Source: an uncultured Clostridium sp. (GTDB taxonomy: Bacteria; Bacillota; Clostridia; TANB77; CAG-508). Taken from it: a stretch of 64,000 nucleotides of DNA. The notes beneath the pieces are model-generated. The model ran no database searches and was not told the DNA's origin. It saw only the letters and a list, made by a program, of their open reading frames with translations. Positions 9,201-19,178 of this stretch are shown one piece after another. The stretch is taken from assembly GCA_958438515.1 (NCBI GenBank), contig CAUBRZ010000001.1:15450-79449 (forward strand), read 5' to 3'. The position numbers were made by a program, and so were the translations under genes. How positions within the stretch are numbered: the stretch's first letter is position 1; the number at the start of each line of letters is the position of its first letter.

Positions 9201-11247
9201 ATGGTAGATTTAAACAAAGATATACAATATATAAAAGGAGTAGGACCAAATAGAGCGAAATTACTAAATAAACTTGGAATATTTTCATTAGAAGATTTAA
9301 TTACATATTATCCAAGAGGATATGAAGATAGAAGTAAACCAAAATTTATTTGTGAGTGTGAAGATAAGCAAGAAGCATTGATTTGTGCAGTTGTTTGTAG
9401 CAAAATAGTAAATGTTAGGCTAAAGGGAAAAACCATGCAAAGAATAACGGTTAGAGATGAAACAGGTGTGGCTACTATAACATGGTTTAATCAAAGTTAT
9501 TTAAAAGATAAATTTATTGTAGGAAACCAATACAAATTTTTTGGAAGAATAAGCAAAAAGACAGGTAAAGTAAGTATGGTATCACCTGTTTTTGAAGATA
9601 TTGAAAAAGCTCAGAACACTGGAAGAATTGTACCAGTGTATCATTTAACATACCAATTATCCCAAAATAATTTAAGGAAAATTATAGCAGAAGGGATAAA
9701 ACAAATTTATGGAAATTTACAAGAAACATTACCAGAATATTTATTAAAAGAATATAAACTACAAAATATTAATGATGCTACGAAAAATATTCATTTTCCA
9801 AAAGATTTTAAAGACTTCGAATTAGCAAGGAATCGTTTAGTATTTGAAGAACTATTAACAGTTCAGTTAGCTTTATTAGAATTAAAAAATAGTTATAAAA
9901 ATGACAGAAATGGTATTAGTTTTAATAAAGATGTAAAAATGTCTGATGTTATAAATTCATTACCTTTTAATTTAACAAAAGCACAACTAAAGGTATTAGA
10001 AGAAATTGATGAAAATATGGAATCAGAAAATTCCATGAATCGATTGTTACAAGGAGATGTTGGTTCAGGAAAAACAGTAGTTGCTATGTGTGCAGCGTAT
10101 AAAGCAGTAAAATCAGGTTATCAAGTAGCAATAATGGCACCAACAGCAATACTTGCAACACAGCATATACAAAACTTTGAACAGATTTTAGGAAAGCTTG
10201 ATATAAAATGTGAACTTTTGATATCTGGAATGAGCAAAAAGAAAAAAGAAGAAGTGTTAGGTAAATTAAAAAATGGTGATGTAGATATCATAATAGGCAC
10301 ACATGCTTTAATCGAGGAAAATGTAATATTTAAAAAATTAGGATTAGTTGTGACTGATGAGCAGCATAGATTTGGTGTAAAACAAAGAACAAAGATAGCT
10401 GAAAAAGGAAAAAATCCAGACGTTTTAGTCATGACAGCAACTCCAATTCCACGTACTCTGGCTCTAATATTATATGGAGATTTGGATATTTCAATTATTG
10501 ATGAGTTGCCACCAAATCGTAAAAAAATAGATACAATAGCAGTAAATAAAACAATGACAGATAGAGTTAATAATTTTATAAAAAAACAAATAGAAGATGG
10601 TAGACAAGCTTATGTAGTATGTCCATTAGTAGAAGAAAATGAGGAAATGGATTTAAAATCAGTAGAACATGTATATGAAATGTATAGTAAAAAGGTTTTT
10701 CCAGAGTATAAAGTTGAATACATTCATGGAAAAATGAGACCAAAAGATAAAGATTCAATTATGGAAAGATTTAAAAATAAAGAAATCGATATTTTAATAT
10801 CTACTACTGTCATAGAAGTAGGTGTAGATGTTCCAAATGCTAATATAATGGTTATTGAGAATGCAGAGAGGTTTGGCTTAGCACGGATTACACCAGCTAA
10901 GAGGAAGAGTAGGAAGAGGAGAATATAAATCTTACTGTATTTTAAAAGTTGAAGGAAAAAGTGAAAATGTAAGAAAAAGAATGAAAGTAATGTGTGAAAC
11001 AAATGATGGATTTAAAATAGCACAAAAAGACTTAGAACTAAGAGGAGCAGGGGATTTTTTTGGAACAATGCAACATGGATTACCTGAGTTTAAAATTGCA
11101 AATTTATTTGAAGATATGGATACATTAAAAATGGTTCAAAGTGTTGCAATTAAAATTTTGTCAAAAGATCCTAACTTAGAAAAAAATGAAAATAGAACAT
11201 TAAGAAATTTAATTACAGATAAATTTGATAAGAGAATAGAAATATAA
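9201..11247 (+). CDS. recG: ATP-dependent DNA helicase RecG. Requires a +1 shift at 10884.
   Basis: Wedge domain, Walker A GDVGSGKTVVA, DEQHRFGV. After the shift, motif VI reads GLHQLRGRVGRGEYKSYCIL and continues into ORF 10981..11247. Confidence 0.9.
10884..10887 (+). other. Candidate +1 recoding site: CGG / +1 GGA
   Basis: tta gca C GGA tta cac cag cta aga gga aga gta gga aga gga restores LHQLRGRVGRG. Confidence 0.6.
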
Positions 11248-11310
11248 TTGACTTTTTTTGTCGAAAATAGTATATTATATATTGATAAAAGAAGAAGGAT
11301 GTTGGTATAG

Positions 11311-11502
11311 ATGTTAAAATTATTTATAAAATTTATTGCAGTAATTATTTTGCTTATAGGAGTTATCTTAATTTATGATGCAAGAATAATAACAAAGAGA
11401 TTCTTTGGTTTTGGTGATCAAAATGAAGCATCAAGTGGATTAAAGATATTAGGCTTTGTACTTATAATAGTTGGAGGATTAATTTTATATTTTAATATAT
11501 AA
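11311..11502 (+). CDS. Small two-TM membrane protein, function unknown
   Basis: 63-aa ORF with two hydrophobic helices, followed by a strong terminator. Confidence 0.4.
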   Translation: MLKLFIKFIAVIILLIGVILIYDARIITKRFFGFGDQNEASSGLKILGFVLIIVGGLILYFNI

Positions 11503-11506
11503 CAAG

Positions 11507-11535
11507 AAACGTTGTAAAATTACAACGTTTTTTTG
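11507..11535 (+). terminator. Rho-independent terminator
   Basis: gaaacgttgta / tacaacgtttt stem followed by a T-run. Confidence 0.7.
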
Positions 11536-11714
11536 TGACATCAAAGTAAATATCTGCAGTTTTTTTGTTTTTATACAGTGAATACAATGTAAATCAAGTA
11601 TTCTTAGTATATGTTTTTGTTCACTTTTATGGCAAATTATAGTATTTTGTGCTATAATATTAGTAGTGTGAAGAATATATATTGAAATGTAATAATTTAG
11701 GAAGAGGTAATATT

Positions 11715-11866
11715 GTGAAGGTAATTGGTATTACAGGTAAACCAAAAAGTGGAAAGACAGTATTTACTTCATTTCTAGTAAAAAACTAAATTGTAAACAT
11801 ATAGAGTTGGATAAAATAGGACATGAGGTTATATATTCGAAAATGATTATAACGCACAAACTATGA
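11715..11866 (+). pseudogene. Remnant of a P-loop kinase gene, most like dephospho-CoA kinase (coaE)
   Basis: VKVIGITGKPKSGKTVFTSFLVK then, after a 1-nt loss in an A-run, LNCKHIELDKIGHEVIYSKMI and a stop. Only about 50 of the expected ~200 codons remain. Confidence 0.4.
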
Positions 11867-11917
11867 ATAAAATGCTTAATAAATTAAGTGAAAGAAATAT
11901 ATTGGAGGAGATGAACG

Positions 11918-12694
11918 ATGAAATTAAAAGTATTGGGTGTTGAATCCCCACATGGTACAGAGACACATAATTGTCCAGGTTTTTTTATAACCCAAGGAAA
12001 TACAAAAATATTATTAGATTGTGGAAGTGGAACACATAAATTATTAAATTTTCCATCCGATTTAAATAATTTATCTGTTATTATAAGTCATTTACATAGA
12101 GATCATTATAATGATATATATAATATTCAATATTCATCATTTGTATATCGCGATCAAAAGAGAATAGAAAAACCTGTAGATATATATTTGCCTGCAACTC
12201 CAAAAAAGAAATATGAAGATATAACTGAAGAAGAGAATAGCTTTGTTAATTATCATACTATTAGCAAATCAACTAATTTAAGAATAGGAGATATAGATGT
12301 TAGTTTTTGTGAAACAGACCATCCAGTGGAAACATATGCTGTTAAATTAAGTAGTGGAGGTAAAACAATAGTATATACAGCAGATACATCATTTTCAGCT
12401 AAAGATAGATTAGTAGGGTTTGCAAAAGGGGCAGATTTACTAATAAGTGAATCTAGTTTGTTAACTTCTTATGGATTTCCTGAAATTAATTCTCATTTAA
12501 CTGCTAAACAAGCTAGTATAATCGCAAAAGAGGCCAATGTTGGAGCATTAATGTTAACACATTTTTGGCCAGAAGAATTACCAGAAAATTATGTAGAAGA
12601 AGCAAAATCTATTTTTACTAAAGTTATTGCTGCAAATGAAGGACAAATAATAGATTTACCTAAAATTCAAGAAAAAGAAGAAGGTGTTAGATAA
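11918..12694 (+). CDS. MBL-fold metallo-hydrolase (RNase Z-like)
   Basis: SHLHRDHYND metal motif, TDH, LTHFWPE. Confidence 0.75.
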   Translation: MKLKVLGVESPHGTETHNCPGFFITQGNTKILLDCGSGTHKLLNFPSDLNNLSVIISHLHRDHYNDIYNIQYSSFVYRDQKRIEKPVDIYLPATPKKKYEDITEEENSFVNYHTISKSTNLRIGDIDVSFCETDHPVETYAVKLSSGGKTIVYTADTSFSAKDRLVGFAKGADLLISESSLLTSYGFPEINSHLTAKQASIIAKEANVGALMLTHFWPEELPENYVEEAKSIFTKVIAANEGQIIDLPKIQEKEEGVR

Positions 12695-12712
12695 TTTTAC
12701 ACCTTCTTTTTT
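12680..12712. terminator. Bidirectional terminator between convergent genes
   Basis: gaaggtgt / acaccttc stem followed by T6. Confidence 0.55.
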
Positions 12713-12717
12713 GGTCC

Positions 12718-13134
12718 TTATTTTTTTACTAATGCTAAAATTTCCTCTGGCAGATATTTAGAAACATCTTTGTCATTTCTTAGTAGTTCCATAACCATGC
12801 TTGAACTAATATAACCTAAGTTACCAGCCCTAATATAAATTGTGTCAAGCTTAGATATTTCTTCGTTAAAGACTGCCATGTTTTCTTCATATTCATAATC
12901 CATACCATTTCTGATACCTCTGACCAAAAATGTAGAATTATATTCTGTTGCAACATCTGCAGATAGATTATCATAGGAGATAACCTTTACATTGGACAAG
13001 TTTTCACGAATTAGTACTTGTTCAATGGCTTTTTGCATCAATTCTTTATTAAATCTCCGAGTTTTCTTTGGATGAACACCAATAGCTACTATCAACTCAT
13101 CGAAAAGCTGAGCAGATTTAGCAATTACATCCAA
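12718..13134 (-). pseudogene. coaD: Phosphopantetheine adenylyltransferase (coaD) lacking its N-terminal nucleotide-binding motif
   Basis: Residues LDVIAKSAQLFDELIVAIGV...LVRGIRNGMDYEYE...ISSSMVMEL align with PPAT. The YPGSFDPxTxGH segment is gone. Upstream frames show YPKS..KHL in another frame, about 5 codons deleted, no start codon and a stop. Confidence 0.65.
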
Positions 13135-13445
13135 GATGTTTACTTTTCGGGTAACAATATGTATATGAAAATTATAGCACGTTTTACATAATTTTGCAAA
13201 TTATATCTTAATTATATACTTTTTTACCATATTTCGAGATGATATAGTAGTTTAAAAAATTTTCTAATATTACTATATTTATAAAAGTAGGAGTGATTTT
13301 ATAAGATTTACATATCAAAATTACCTAATGTTAATGTATAAATAAATATAACAAAAGGCGTAAGTGTAAAATATGCCCCTAGATTATCAGCATAAAGAAA
13401 AAGATGTCTTTATAGAACTGTGAAATCCTATAAAAACATCTAGAC

Positions 13446-13529
13446 TGGTGCGGATGAAGGGACTCGAACCCCCACGCCGTTGGCACTGGTTCCTAAGACC
13501 AGCGCGTCTACCAGTTCCGCCACATCCGC
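13446..13529 (-). tRNA. tRNA-Leu (anticodon UAG), long variable arm
   Basis: The reverse complement GCGGATGTGGCGGAACTGGTAGACGCGCTGGTCTTAGGAACCAG...GGTTCGAGTCCCTTCATCCGCACCA folds as a class II tRNA. Confidence 0.9.
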
Positions 13530-13550
13530 ATAATTTAATTAACAATATTA

Positions 13551-13580
13551 ATATTAGCATATTTATAATATAGTTGTCAA
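13551..13580 (-). promoter_or_regulatory. Promoter for tRNA-Leu (TTGACA-18-TAATAT)
   Basis: Read on the minus strand: cTTGACAactatattataaatatgcTAATAT, about 20 nt upstream of the tRNA. Confidence 0.5.
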
Positions 13581-13687
13581 GAAAAATAAAGTATTTTTTG
13601 CAAAACATTAATATAAAATATGTGTATATCTATTTAAATATGACTAAAAAAATGTTATAATTACAAAAAAGTTATAAGGTGAGGTTT

Positions 13688-15050
13688 ATGCCAGTAGAGA
13701 AAAATAAAGAATATATTGTAGAAATTGTAGATAATGGATATGAAGGCGAAGGAATTGCGAAAATTGAAGGTTTTACTATTTTTATACCTAATGCCATAAA
13801 AGGGGAAAAAATAAAAGTATTAATTGTTAAAGTTTTATCATCACATGCTTTTGGAAAGATATTAGAAATAATAGTACCATCAAAGTATAGAACAGAAAGT
13901 GACTGTACAACTTATAAACGTTGTGGAGGATGTAATTTAAGACATATTAAATATGATGAAACATTAAAAATGAAACAAAATTCAGTTCAAAGTTTAGTAA
14001 ATAAAACTTTGAGAACAAAAATAAAAGTAAATGAGACACTAGGAATGGAGAATCCATATCATTATAGAAATAAAGCACAGTATCCTGTAGGGATAGGAAA
14101 AGACAATAAACCTGCAATTGGAGTTTTTGCAAATAGAACACATGATATTATACGTGTTGATAAGTGCCTTATACAAAACTCAAAAGCAGAACAATTAGCT
14201 AAATTTATTTTTAGATATATTGTTGAAAATAATATAAGCATATATGACGAAAATACAGGCAAGGGGTTAGTAAGACATATTGTTGTTAAAGTAGGAGTTA
14301 AAACCAATCAGATAATGTGCATTATAGTAATAAACGGTAGAAATCTAAAAAATGAGGAAGATTTAGTAAATCAAATAACTAATAATTTTTCTGAAGTAAA
14401 ATCAATTATAAAAAATATTAATATGAAAAATACAAATGTTATTATGGGAAGTGAAAATATAAATTTATATGGAGAAGGATATATTCAAGATAAATTGGGA
14501 GATTTTACTTTTAATATATCGCCAGTATCTTTTTATCAGGTAAATCCAGTACAAGCAGAAAAATTATATAAAATAGGTGTTGAAGCTGCTAATATTAGTA
14601 AAAATGATATTGTTTTTGACTTATATTGTGGTATAGGTACAATTTCTTTATTTATGTCTATGTATGCTAAAAAGGTATATGGAATTGAGATTGTAGAAGG
14701 GGCAGTAGAAGCAGCAAAACAAAATGCTGATATTAATAATATACGAAATGCAGAGTTTTTACATCGGCGATGTAAAAGATGTTTTGGATGATTTAATTCA
14801 TAAAAAGAATATTATACCAGATATTGTTATGGTTGATCCTCCAAGAAAAGGATTAGATAACAAGAGTATTGATAATATATTAGAGATTCATCCTAAAAAG
14901 CTAATTTATATTAGTTGTAATCCAGCAACATTGGTTAGAGATTTATCTAAGTTTGAGTGTAAATATGATATAATAAGTATTAAACCTGTTGATATGTTTC
15001 CATTTACATCACATGTTGAGTGTTGCTCGGTGCTATATCTAAAAGACTAG
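13688..15050 (+). CDS. rlmD: 23S rRNA (uracil-5-)-methyltransferase of the RumA/RlmD (RlmCD) type. Requires one +1 shift near 14765.
   Basis: TRAM domain, Fe-S Cys cluster CTTYKRCGGCNLRH, SAM motif FDLYCGIGTISL, DPPRKG, C-terminal DMFPFTSHVE. ORFs 13679..14791 and 14724..15050 overlap out of frame. Confidence 0.85.
14765..14768 (+). other. Candidate +1 recoding site: CGG / +1 GGC (position ambiguous with the T5 run at 14756..14760)
   Basis: tta cat C GGC gat gta gives NAEFLHGDVKDVL. The alternative, one extra T in ttttt, gives NAEFYIGDVKDVL. Both have the same length. Confidence 0.45.
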
Positions 15051-15361
15051 ATACAATAGTTGAGTTTACTGCATTTGAGAATTTTTGTAGTTTTAATAAA
15101 AAAGGCAAAAATAAGATAAAAAGAGTAGAAAATCATAAAATTAAAGTAACGATAGAAGTTGACTTGGTGTGTGGAGCTGTATAAATTTAATAAAATGTTT
15201 AGAGGTAAAACTTAAATTGGAAGTCTTTGTCAAAAGGCTTTCTTTTTTAGTGCTTTTATGATAAGATATGAAAAAATAGATAGTAAGGAAAGACAGTTGC
15301 TAAAATAGACATAAGCAAAGAAAAATTTAATTATAAAAATCACAAAAAGAATGCATATAAC

Positions 15362-15757
15362 TTGCTAGGAATCTTAATTACAACTGTTTTTATAATGCTT
15401 GTGGCTTCGATAAAATATTATAATTTAGATTTAAAAATTACAGCTATTTATTTAAGTTTTGAATTAATTAACTTTATAATTTATCCAATATATAGTATAA
15501 AAACAAGTTACTTGCAGTTGGAAGAATATGAAATAAAAGTAACATCAAATAAATTATTTGCAGGAATATTAAGAATGATAGTGTCTTTATTAAAAACGCC
15601 CTATTGTACAGGAATAGGACAAGTGACATCATCAATATACCAATTTGTTACTGTAAATATCATATTTCATAGAAATTTTAGAATTGACAAAAATGGAATT
15701 GTAATAAAAAAAGGGGAAGAAAATGGAAATATATGTACAAATAAACTGGAATGTTGA
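15362..15757 (+). CDS. Hypothetical membrane protein, possibly a gene fragment
   Basis: TTG-initiated ORF with no clear RBS. The frame is open upstream without a start. Hydrophobic N-terminal half. Confidence 0.25.
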   Translation: MLGILITTVFIMLVASIKYYNLDLKITAIYLSFELINFIIYPIYSIKTSYLQLEEYEIKVTSNKLFAGILRMIVSLLKTPYCTGIGQVTSSIYQFVTVNIIFHRNFRIDKNGIVIKKGEENGNICTNKLEC

Positions 15758-15975
15758 TAAATAATACAAGGAAAGTAGAAAGAAATCTAATATATTAACA
15801 GTTATAGCATTAGTGATTTGTTCTTTTAATTTGCAAATATAATAAAATTTGTGGATTAAAAGGACATTTTTTGATAAATTTTATAGGAATACTAGAAAAG
15901 TTTAATCTGAGTATTAGATTTTTAAAGAAGTTATATAATTTTAATTATTTCATATAATACAAATAGAGGTATCAT

Positions 15976-16434
15976 ATGAAAAAAATAAAAATTTATATTA
16001 AATCAATATTAATACCTGTAATTGTAGGTGGAATAGTAGGATTAATAATTTCTTCATCTATTGATTATAATTCTTTGGAAAGGCCATTTCTAGCTCCACC
16101 ATCAATTGCTTTTCCAATAGTATGGACTATTTTATATATTTTAATGGGAGTATCTTATGGAATTTTGAAGAGTAAACAATTAACAGATTCGGAAATAGAC
16201 TTAATATATTATATTCAATTAGGAGTAAATAGTTTATGGTCTATCTTTTTCTTTCTAGTAAAATGGAGATTGTTTTCATTTATATGGATTATAGTTCTTG
16301 CTATATTAATTATTATTATGATATTAAAGTTTTATAATAAAGATAAAGTTGCAGGATTACTTCAAATTCCATATCTATTATGGGTGTTATTTGCATCATA
16401 TCTAAACATAGCTATTTATATTTTAAATAAATAG
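15976..16434 (+). CDS. tspO: TspO/MBR family tryptophan-rich sensory protein
   Basis: Five TM helices, with PPSIAFPIVWTILYILMG and LQIPYLLWVLFASYLN signatures. Confidence 0.85.
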   Translation: MKKIKIYIKSILIPVIVGGIVGLIISSSIDYNSLERPFLAPPSIAFPIVWTILYILMGVSYGILKSKQLTDSEIDLIYYIQLGVNSLWSIFFFLVKWRLFSFIWIIVLAILIIIMILKFYNKDKVAGLLQIPYLLWVLFASYLNIAIYILNK

Positions 16435-16497
16435 TATAGTTTTTTAGGTATATTGTTTTACTTTATGTATTTATAAATATTTGATAAAATAAAATAT

Positions 16498-16533
16498 AAA
16501 AACACTATTATGACTAGCATAATAGTGTTTTTA
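16498..16533 (+). terminator. Rho-independent terminator after tspO
   Basis: Perfect 14-bp stem aaaacactattatg / cataatagtgtttt. Confidence 0.6.
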
Positions 16534-17005
16534 ATGTATGAAAGATAAACTTTAAAAAATATTTTACAATCATTATTAGACGTATCATTGATTTTTGATA
16601 GATTATATTATTAGTTGAGAATATATCTATAGTTTTGGTAATAATACAAGTTCTAGTGTATTTAGTTATAAAGTTAATGTAAAAATAGAAGTAGATATGT
16701 TGTGTGGATTTGAAGTGTTTACAAAAACACTTCCTTTTTTTAAAATTGTATGCTAGAATAATGTCATAAATTGATATATTTTTTAGAATAATAAAAATAA
16801 AAAGATATGTAATAAAGGTATTAAAGAAAATGAATGCTATAAAAAAAATTAATAGAGTATACAATATATTATAAATGTGTTTGTAAGTAATTTAATGATT
16901 ATATTGAATTTTAAAATGAGAGATATAACACTTGATTTTGGAATGTTATCAACATTTAAAAAAAGGCAGATTTGGTAAAGAAAATAATAAAATGGAGGAT
17001 AAAAA

Positions 17006-18085
17006 ATGTTAAAAGATTTATGCTTTGAGGTAATACAAACATGTCCAAATGAATGTGAATTTTGTTCTTCCAATTCATCACAACACAAAAAAACAATAAT
17101 AAGTTTAGAACAATTTAAGAAAACAGTTAAGTATTTTATAAGACAAGGTGGGATAGAAGAATTATCAATTTCCGGTGGAGAACCATTTTTGCATCCAGAT
17201 TTATTTGAGATGATTAAATTTAGTAAAGAAAATGGAATTAAAACAGTAGTATTTACCAGTGGAATAAAGAATTCCACTCAGATGCCGAAGGAAATCATAG
17301 AATACATTAAAAATAAATGTAAAAGCGATTTGCAGGAAATAGAAGAACATGAACCTTGGAATGATAGATTAAAGAAAAGTATAATGGCACATTATAATAG
17401 GATATTAAAACCAGAAAGATTTACGTCAATAACAAGACAAGAATGTGAGGAGTTAAAAGAATTGGGGTTAGATAAAATTGTGTTTGATTGGCAAGCTTTA
17501 GATGGTATTATTGATAATGAATTAATGGGAAGAAAAGGTCTAAATACATATTTAATGGATTCCTTAATTAGAGCAAGAAAAGTAGGCTTGAATATTGATG
17601 TGCATTTTATACCAATGAAACCAAATTATAAGGAATTTCCAGACATAATCGAATGTTTAGAATATTTAGATGTAAAAAATATAAGTGTCTTAAATTTTGT
17701 ACCACAAGGTAGAGGCAAGCAAAATAAAGAAAAACTAATGTTAAATGAAGAAGAATTAAGAGAATTTTCAGAAATATTAAAAAAGGAAAAAGAACATTTT
17801 AGTGGTAATATTAGAATTGGTATTCCACTAAATGAAAAGATATCTCATTTATGTACAGCAGGAACTGAAAAATTAGACATAAAATATGATGGAACCATAT
17901 TACCTTGTCCAGCTTTTAAAGAAATAAGTGTAGATACAATGGAAAAGTATGGTATAAAATTGCACAATATATATGAGGATTTAGAAAAAGTAGTTGTACA
18001 TAGTGGAAAAAGAAAAACACCATTATGTAAGCAAGTTTATGGCTTTAATGGAGACTTGATAAATAATAATGAGAATGTTAGATAA
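17006..18085 (+). CDS. Radical SAM protein with an extra C-terminal Cys motif (SPASM/twitch-like)
   Basis: CPNECEFC (CxxxCxxC) near the N-terminus, SISGGEPFLHPD, C-terminal CTAGTEKLDIKYDGTILPC. Confidence 0.7.
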   Translation: MLKDLCFEVIQTCPNECEFCSSNSSQHKKTIISLEQFKKTVKYFIRQGGIEELSISGGEPFLHPDLFEMIKFSKENGIKTVVFTSGIKNSTQMPKEIIEYIKNKCKSDLQEIEEHEPWNDRLKKSIMAHYNRILKPERFTSITRQECEELKELGLDKIVFDWQALDGIIDNELMGRKGLNTYLMDSLIRARKVGLNIDVHFIPMKPNYKEFPDIIECLEYLDVKNISVLNFVPQGRGKQNKEKLMLNEEELREFSEILKKEKEHFSGNIRIGIPLNEKISHLCTAGTEKLDIKYDGTILPCPAFKEISVDTMEKYGIKLHNIYEDLEKVVVHSGKRKTPLCKQVYGFNGDLINNNENVR

Positions 18086-18284
18086 TTTATGTGCTTTAAA
18101 GTACATACAAGAATTCTAACAGCGAAAAATAATAAATACGAAGTTATTAATAGTTGTATTTTTTATACTAAAAGTTAAATTTAAGAATACTAAAAGACAG
18201 AAAATAAACTAAGGGTAGAATTTAGAAAAAATCTAAATTTAATGGAGAAAACTTAATACAAATGTAAAAAAGAAGGAATGGAAA

Positions 18285-19001
18285 ATGAAAGATAAAATAG
18301 AAGAATTTAAACAATTAGTAAAAAACAGCAATAATATAGTTTTCTTTGGAGGAGCAGGAGTTTCTACTGAAAGTGGTATTCCAGACTTTAGAAGTAAAGA
18401 TGGGTTATATAACCAAAAATATAAGTATCCACCAGAAGAAATTTTAAGTCATACTTTTTTTATAAGAAATACAGAAGAATTTTACAAATTTTACAAAGAA
18501 AAAATGAATTCATTAAAATATGAACCCAATATAACTCATATAAAACTATCGGAATTAGAAAAACAAGGAAAGTTAAAAGCAGTAATAACACAAAATATAG
18601 ATGGATTACATCAGAAGGCAGGAAATAAAAATGTACTAGAATTACATGGAAGTATTTTAAGAAATTATTGTATGAATTGTAATAAATTTTACGATGCAGA
18701 ATTCATATTTAATGAGGAAGGAATACCAAAATGTAGTTGTGGTGGAATTATAAAACCAGATGTAGTTTTATATGAAGAAATGTTAGATGATGTAATATTG
18801 AGTGATTCTATAAATGCAATTAAAAATGCAGATTTAATGATAGTAGCAGGAACATCTCTAACAGTAAGTCCAGCAAGTGGTTTAGTCAACTTTTATAAAG
18901 GAAACAAACTAGTTTTAATTAATAAAGATTCTACACCTTATGATAGGGTTGCTAATTTAGTTATAAATGAAAGCTTAGGAAAAGTATTTAAAGAAATATA
19001 A
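18285..19001 (+). CDS. cobB: NAD-dependent protein deacylase (sirtuin, CobB type)
   Basis: GAGVSTESGIPDFRSKDGLY, QNIDGLH, zinc ribbon CMNC...CSCGG, GTSLTVSPA. Confidence 0.9.
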   Translation: MKDKIEEFKQLVKNSNNIVFFGGAGVSTESGIPDFRSKDGLYNQKYKYPPEEILSHTFFIRNTEEFYKFYKEKMNSLKYEPNITHIKLSELEKQGKLKAVITQNIDGLHQKAGNKNVLELHGSILRNYCMNCNKFYDAEFIFNEEGIPKCSCGGIIKPDVVLYEEMLDDVILSDSINAIKNADLMIVAGTSLTVSPASGLVNFYKGNKLVLINKDSTPYDRVANLVINESLGKVFKEI

Positions 19002-19036
19002 AGTAAGTGCTAGAATTATGAAATCAATTAAATTAA

Positions 19037-19150
19037 AACAACACATTAGAAAGTGAAGTTGCTGATGTTTTTATTGTGCTAAATAGTGTGTGTAATAAAT
19101 TGGGTATTGATTTATTGAAGTTACTAAAAGACACGGAAAAAGAGATGTAA
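19037..19150 (+). pseudogene. C-terminal remnant of a MazG-like nucleotide pyrophosphohydrolase
   Basis: ESEVADVFIVLNSVCNKLGIDLLKLLKDTEKEM resembles the helix pair of small MazG-type NTP-PPases. There is no start and no N-terminal part. Confidence 0.35.
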
Positions 19151-19178
19151 ATAGAAAAAATGAGTGGAGTTATAAAAA

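Noticed and set aside
13387-13608. 73-aa minus-strand ORF.
   Set aside because: It overlaps the tRNA-Leu(UAG) gene. The GC-rich part of its translation is simply the tRNA sequence.
15048-15184. Extending the rlmD-type CDS past its stop into the downstream VLLGAISKRLDTIVEF... frame as a further recoding event.
   Set aside because: Many RumA-type proteins end about 10 residues after HVE, as this ORF does. The extension needs a different kind of shift, with no CGG in the 0 frame. It is better explained as a relic, and it is reported under the integration-scar finding.
16916-16978. 20-codon ORF (MRDITLDFGMLSTFKKRQIW) just upstream of the radical SAM gene, considered as a RiPP precursor.
   Set aside because: It has no Shine-Dalgarno and no Cys/Ser/Thr-rich core. 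ORFs of this length are expected by chance, and no transporter or peptidase genes are nearby.
16514-17277. Two minus-strand ORFs (116 and 142 aa) in and next to the AT-rich spacer before the radical SAM gene.
   Set aside because: Extremely AT-rich, Ile/Phe/Asn/Lys-only composition, no RBS. One overlaps the 5' end of the radical SAM CDS.
17006-19001. Radical SAM plus SIR2 pair, considered as a defence system.
   Set aside because: The sirtuin is a short canonical CobB with the zinc ribbon and no effector or sensor fusion. The two genes are separated by 200 nt and nothing else defence-like is adjacent.
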